This document shows, piece by piece, positions 56,006 to 58,377 of a DNA stretch of 58,377 nt. Position 1 is the first letter of the stretch. Every line of letters begins with the position of its first letter. The DNA lies in contig JBEKSD010000012.1 in the NCBI GenBank assembly GCA_049517335.1, positions 1 through 58,377 on the forward strand, written 5' to 3'. The stretch comes from Candidatus Omnitrophota bacterium. GTDB lineage: Bacteria; Omnitrophota; Gorgyraeia; Gygaellales; Profunditerraquicolaceae. The notes beneath the pieces are model-generated. The model made no database searches. It was not told where the DNA came from and was given only the letters and a program-made list of their open reading frames with translations. The position numbers and the translations under genes are program-made.

Positions 56006-56487
56006 TGATGCTAAACTCATTAGTAATTATATTTAGTCTGTTATTCATCGTTCCTGTGTTTGCCGAGCAGCCAAAGGGCACATCAATATTTGGCCGTACT
56101 TCGACTGCTGTTCAGGAGTATGAGCAAGGCCTGACTGAAAAGCTGCCTGAAATGATAACCCGGCCTAATATGGTGTATGACAGCTCAAAGAGAGACCCTT
56201 TTACAACGGCTATTATCAAAAAAGAAAAAGACATGGAAAGGGTCCGGAGCAACGACGAAGACGAGAGCGCAGCCAGGTCGCTGGTTGATTCATTTTCCAT
56301 TCAGGGGATAATCTGGGGAGGCAGTTTTCCGCAGGCAATCATAAATAACAAAGTATATAAAACAGGGGACAGCATACAGGGGTTGTTTATTTCAAATATA
56401 GATAAGAACGGAATTACTTTTACTTCCGGAGGGAAAAAATATATTTTAAAGATGTCGGCAGCAGTGCCTGCCGCAAAGAAAAGATGA
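56005..56487 (+). CDS. PilP/GspC-like protein
   Basis: Motifs RDPF and IQGIIWG...AIINNKVYKTGD. Confidence 0.65.
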   Translation: MMLNSLVIIFSLLFIVPVFAEQPKGTSIFGRTSTAVQEYEQGLTEKLPEMITRPNMVYDSSKRDPFTTAIIKKEKDMERVRSNDEDESAARSLVDSFSIQGIIWGGSFPQAIINNKVYKTGDSIQGLFISNIDKNGITFTSGGKKYILKMSAAVPAAKKR

Positions 56488-56502
56488 TAACGGAGGGATG
56501 AA

Positions 56503-58056
56503 ATGAAAAAAATTTTAGCGTTAAGCGTATTTATTTTGAGTATGTTTTTATTTTATGCAAAGCTTCCAGCAGCTGAGAACAGCCTGCCGCAAAGCGCAGG
56601 CAGCGCTGAACCTATGATCTCTATGGACTTTCAGGATGCTAACCTGAAAGATGTTTTAAAGATCCTTTCCATGCAGGCCGGCCTGAACTTCATTGCCTCG
56701 GAAGGCGTCCAGGACAGGAAAATCACTCTTTATCTTGATAACGTGCCTTTGAGCAAAGCAATGGATCAGATTTTTAGGGCAAATAATCTTTCTTATGAAC
56801 TGGATAAAGATGCGAAGATATTTGTGGTTAAAGATTGGGGTAAGCTCCAAGCCGAAACTGTGACAAAAATATTTTATCTTAAATATGCATCTGTATCTTC
56901 TTCTGCTATATTGCAGGAAAAGGCCTCTGGAGGGGCACAGGCATCTAAAGTGGGTGGTGCTGCTGGCGGAGGCGGAGGCGGAGGCAGCGCAGGAGGAGAT
57001 ACAGGCATTACTAAAGTCATATCTAAGCTTCTTTCAGCTTCCGGAACTATTGTAGAAGATGCCCGCACTAATGTTTTGATTATTACGGATACGCCTAATC
57101 GTATGGCAGTCATCTCTCAGGTAATTGTTTCGCTGGACGTCCCTGTGCCGCAGGTTGTATTGGAAGTTGAAATGGTGGATGTAAGTAAAAGCATTTTGGA
57201 CCAGATGGGTTTTAATTACGGATCAACTCCTTTTACAGCCACTTTAAGCGGTGCTACTGCGGCAACAGGTTTTCCTTTCCATAGCTGGGGTAAATTGTTC
57301 ACACAGGGGACCCAGGGAAGCCTCAATGTTAATAATGCCGCAGACGGCTCAACCGCATATACCGTTACCATGGATTTCTTAAGGACCCAGACAGACGCAA
57401 GGTTTCTAGCCCGCCCTAAAATTTTAACTTTGAGTAATGAGACCGCGGAGATTATGATTTCAACCAATGAAGCAATAGGCATAAATCAGAACCAGTCCTC
57501 CGGCGGTTCGCTTACAAGTTCCACTATAGAAGCGGAAAGAACCCAAACTGGAGTAGTCTTAAGGATAACCCCTCAAGTTAATATGGAGACAGGGGAGGTT
57601 ACGATATATGCCTATCCTAAAGTTGCAGTAGCGACTCAAGGAGCCACTTTTAATGTTCCCGGTGCTACTCCTCCAACGGTCACCTACCGCGACCCTGAAG
57701 AGCGCTCTACGAAATCCATGGTCAGGATAAAGGATGGTGATACCGTAGTTATCGGAGGTTTAATCCGGGATGACCGCACCATTCAAGAAACGAAGCTTCC
57801 CTTTTTAGGCGATATTCCGATTATAGGGGCGTTGTTTAGGCATAAAGGCGGCACTGCGAACAACCCCGATCAAAATAAGCAGCGAGAACTCCTGATTTTC
57901 ATTACTCCGCATATAGTCAGGGAAACAAAGGAAATGAAGGTTATCCAGCCCAAGAAAGTAGTTCTTCCTGAGAGAGAGCAAGATTTTACAGCCGGCTCAA
58001 TGCGGAACATGGCAGTTATCAATACTCTCAACGCCTTTGAGAAAAAGAACAGATAA
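56503..58056 (+). CDS. Secretin (PilQ/GspD family)
   Basis: Motifs ISMDFQDANLKDVL, DARTNVLII, LDVPVPQVVLE, ARPKILTLSN, VIGGLI, KLPFLGDIPIIGALFR and ELLIFITP. Confidence 0.92.
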   Translation: MKKILALSVFILSMFLFYAKLPAAENSLPQSAGSAEPMISMDFQDANLKDVLKILSMQAGLNFIASEGVQDRKITLYLDNVPLSKAMDQIFRANNLSYELDKDAKIFVVKDWGKLQAETVTKIFYLKYASVSSSAILQEKASGGAQASKVGGAAGGGGGGGSAGGDTGITKVISKLLSASGTIVEDARTNVLIITDTPNRMAVISQVIVSLDVPVPQVVLEVEMVDVSKSILDQMGFNYGSTPFTATLSGATAATGFPFHSWGKLFTQGTQGSLNVNNAADGSTAYTVTMDFLRTQTDARFLARPKILTLSNETAEIMISTNEAIGINQNQSSGGSLTSSTIEAERTQTGVVLRITPQVNMETGEVTIYAYPKVAVATQGATFNVPGATPPTVTYRDPEERSTKSMVRIKDGDTVVIGGLIRDDRTIQETKLPFLGDIPIIGALFRHKGGTANNPDQNKQRELLIFITPHIVRETKEMKVIQPKKVVLPEREQDFTAGSMRNMAVINTLNAFEKKNR

Positions 58057-58377
58057 TGGCTAAAGAAAAATACTTAAGGGTAGGTGAACTCCTTATGAAA
58101 GAGGGGCTCATTAATTTAGCCCAGCTTGAGAAAGCGGTAGCCGTGCAGAGGCAGGAAGGCGGCCATTTGGGTGAGATATTGGTACGTTTAGGTATGGTTA
58201 AAGACGAACAGATGGTTGCAATACTGGCCAAACAACTCAATATTCCTTATTTCTCACTTGGCACCGGCATGCTTAAGCCGGCGGTTGATCAGGGACTGGA
58301 TAAATTAATCCCGCAGGATTTTGCCAGAAAGAATTGCGTGTTGCCGCTCTCGCGCACATTGAGGAGCCTAACTGTGG
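58056..58377 (+). CDS. PilB/GspE/MshE-type ATPase, N-terminal MshEN domain (3' truncated; not in the ORF track)
   Basis: ATG overlaps the secretin stop (TAATG). Translation begins MAKEKYLRVGELLMKEGLINLAQLEKAVAVQRQEGGHLGEILVRLGMV and stays open to the window end. Confidence 0.88.
   Translation, partial: MAKEKYLRVGELLMKEGLINLAQLEKAVAVQRQEGGHLGEILVRLGMVKDEQMVAILAKQLNIPYFSLGTGMLKPAVDQGLDKLIPQDFARKNCVLPLSRTLRSLTV

Noticed and set aside
56951-56998. GGCGGA repeats in the secretin gene as a phase-variation tract
   Set aside because: The unit is a multiple of 3 and encodes a Gly linker, so slippage would not shift the frame.
4342-57482. Numerous antisense and alternate-frame ORFs in the track (e.g. 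4473-4994, 12738-13154, 26686-27180, 52213-52620)
   Set aside because: They are shadow ORFs fully overlapping well-supported genes, with no motifs.
58028-58240. 70-aa minus-strand ORF at the window end
   Set aside because: It is antisense to the plus-strand MshEN ATPase that starts at 58056.

Overview
This window is mostly core bacterial chromosome, nearly all on the + strand. Gene order and content (PilM-PilN fusion, TPR-ExbBD module, DapL lysine pathway) suggest Candidatus Omnitrophota/PVC, but that is inference. The first ~0.7 kb looks like the right end of a tRNA-integrated island: an AT-rich DUF3800-like gene, arm-type repeats and a tRNA 3'-end copy CCTTGGCACCA. An accessory stretch follows, with an unannotated 37-aa ORF, a PilZ gene, a candidate pseudoknotted ncRNA with its own promoter and terminator, radC, an XRE gene, a pseudo-receiver and an EF-hand protein. 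The core run is pgi, dusB, recG, a GNAT-fold gene, rsmD-coaD-yceD-rpmF-plsX-fabHDG-acpP-fabF, leuCDB-asd-truA, rplM-rpsI, argCJBDFGH-lysA-dapFAB-dapL-folK-panC-nadX and a small basic repeat protein. After it come a GT-C/methyltransferase-GT2/TMTC glycosylation cluster, uvrA and a TPR-ExbB-ExbD-TonB-like module. A complete 1771-bp IS6-family element (IRs, 8-bp target duplication, a passenger gene) sits just upstream of a type IV pilus/T2SS operon (HTH, pilMN, pilO, pilP-like, secretin, partial MshEN ATPase). The best novelty candidates are the ncRNA at ~1611-1768, a second sRNA at ~7522-7627 (minus strand), the passenger-carrying IS and the receptor-less TPR/ExbBD/TonB module beside the pilus genes. 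All product calls come from motif recognition only; no database searches or folding programs were run.
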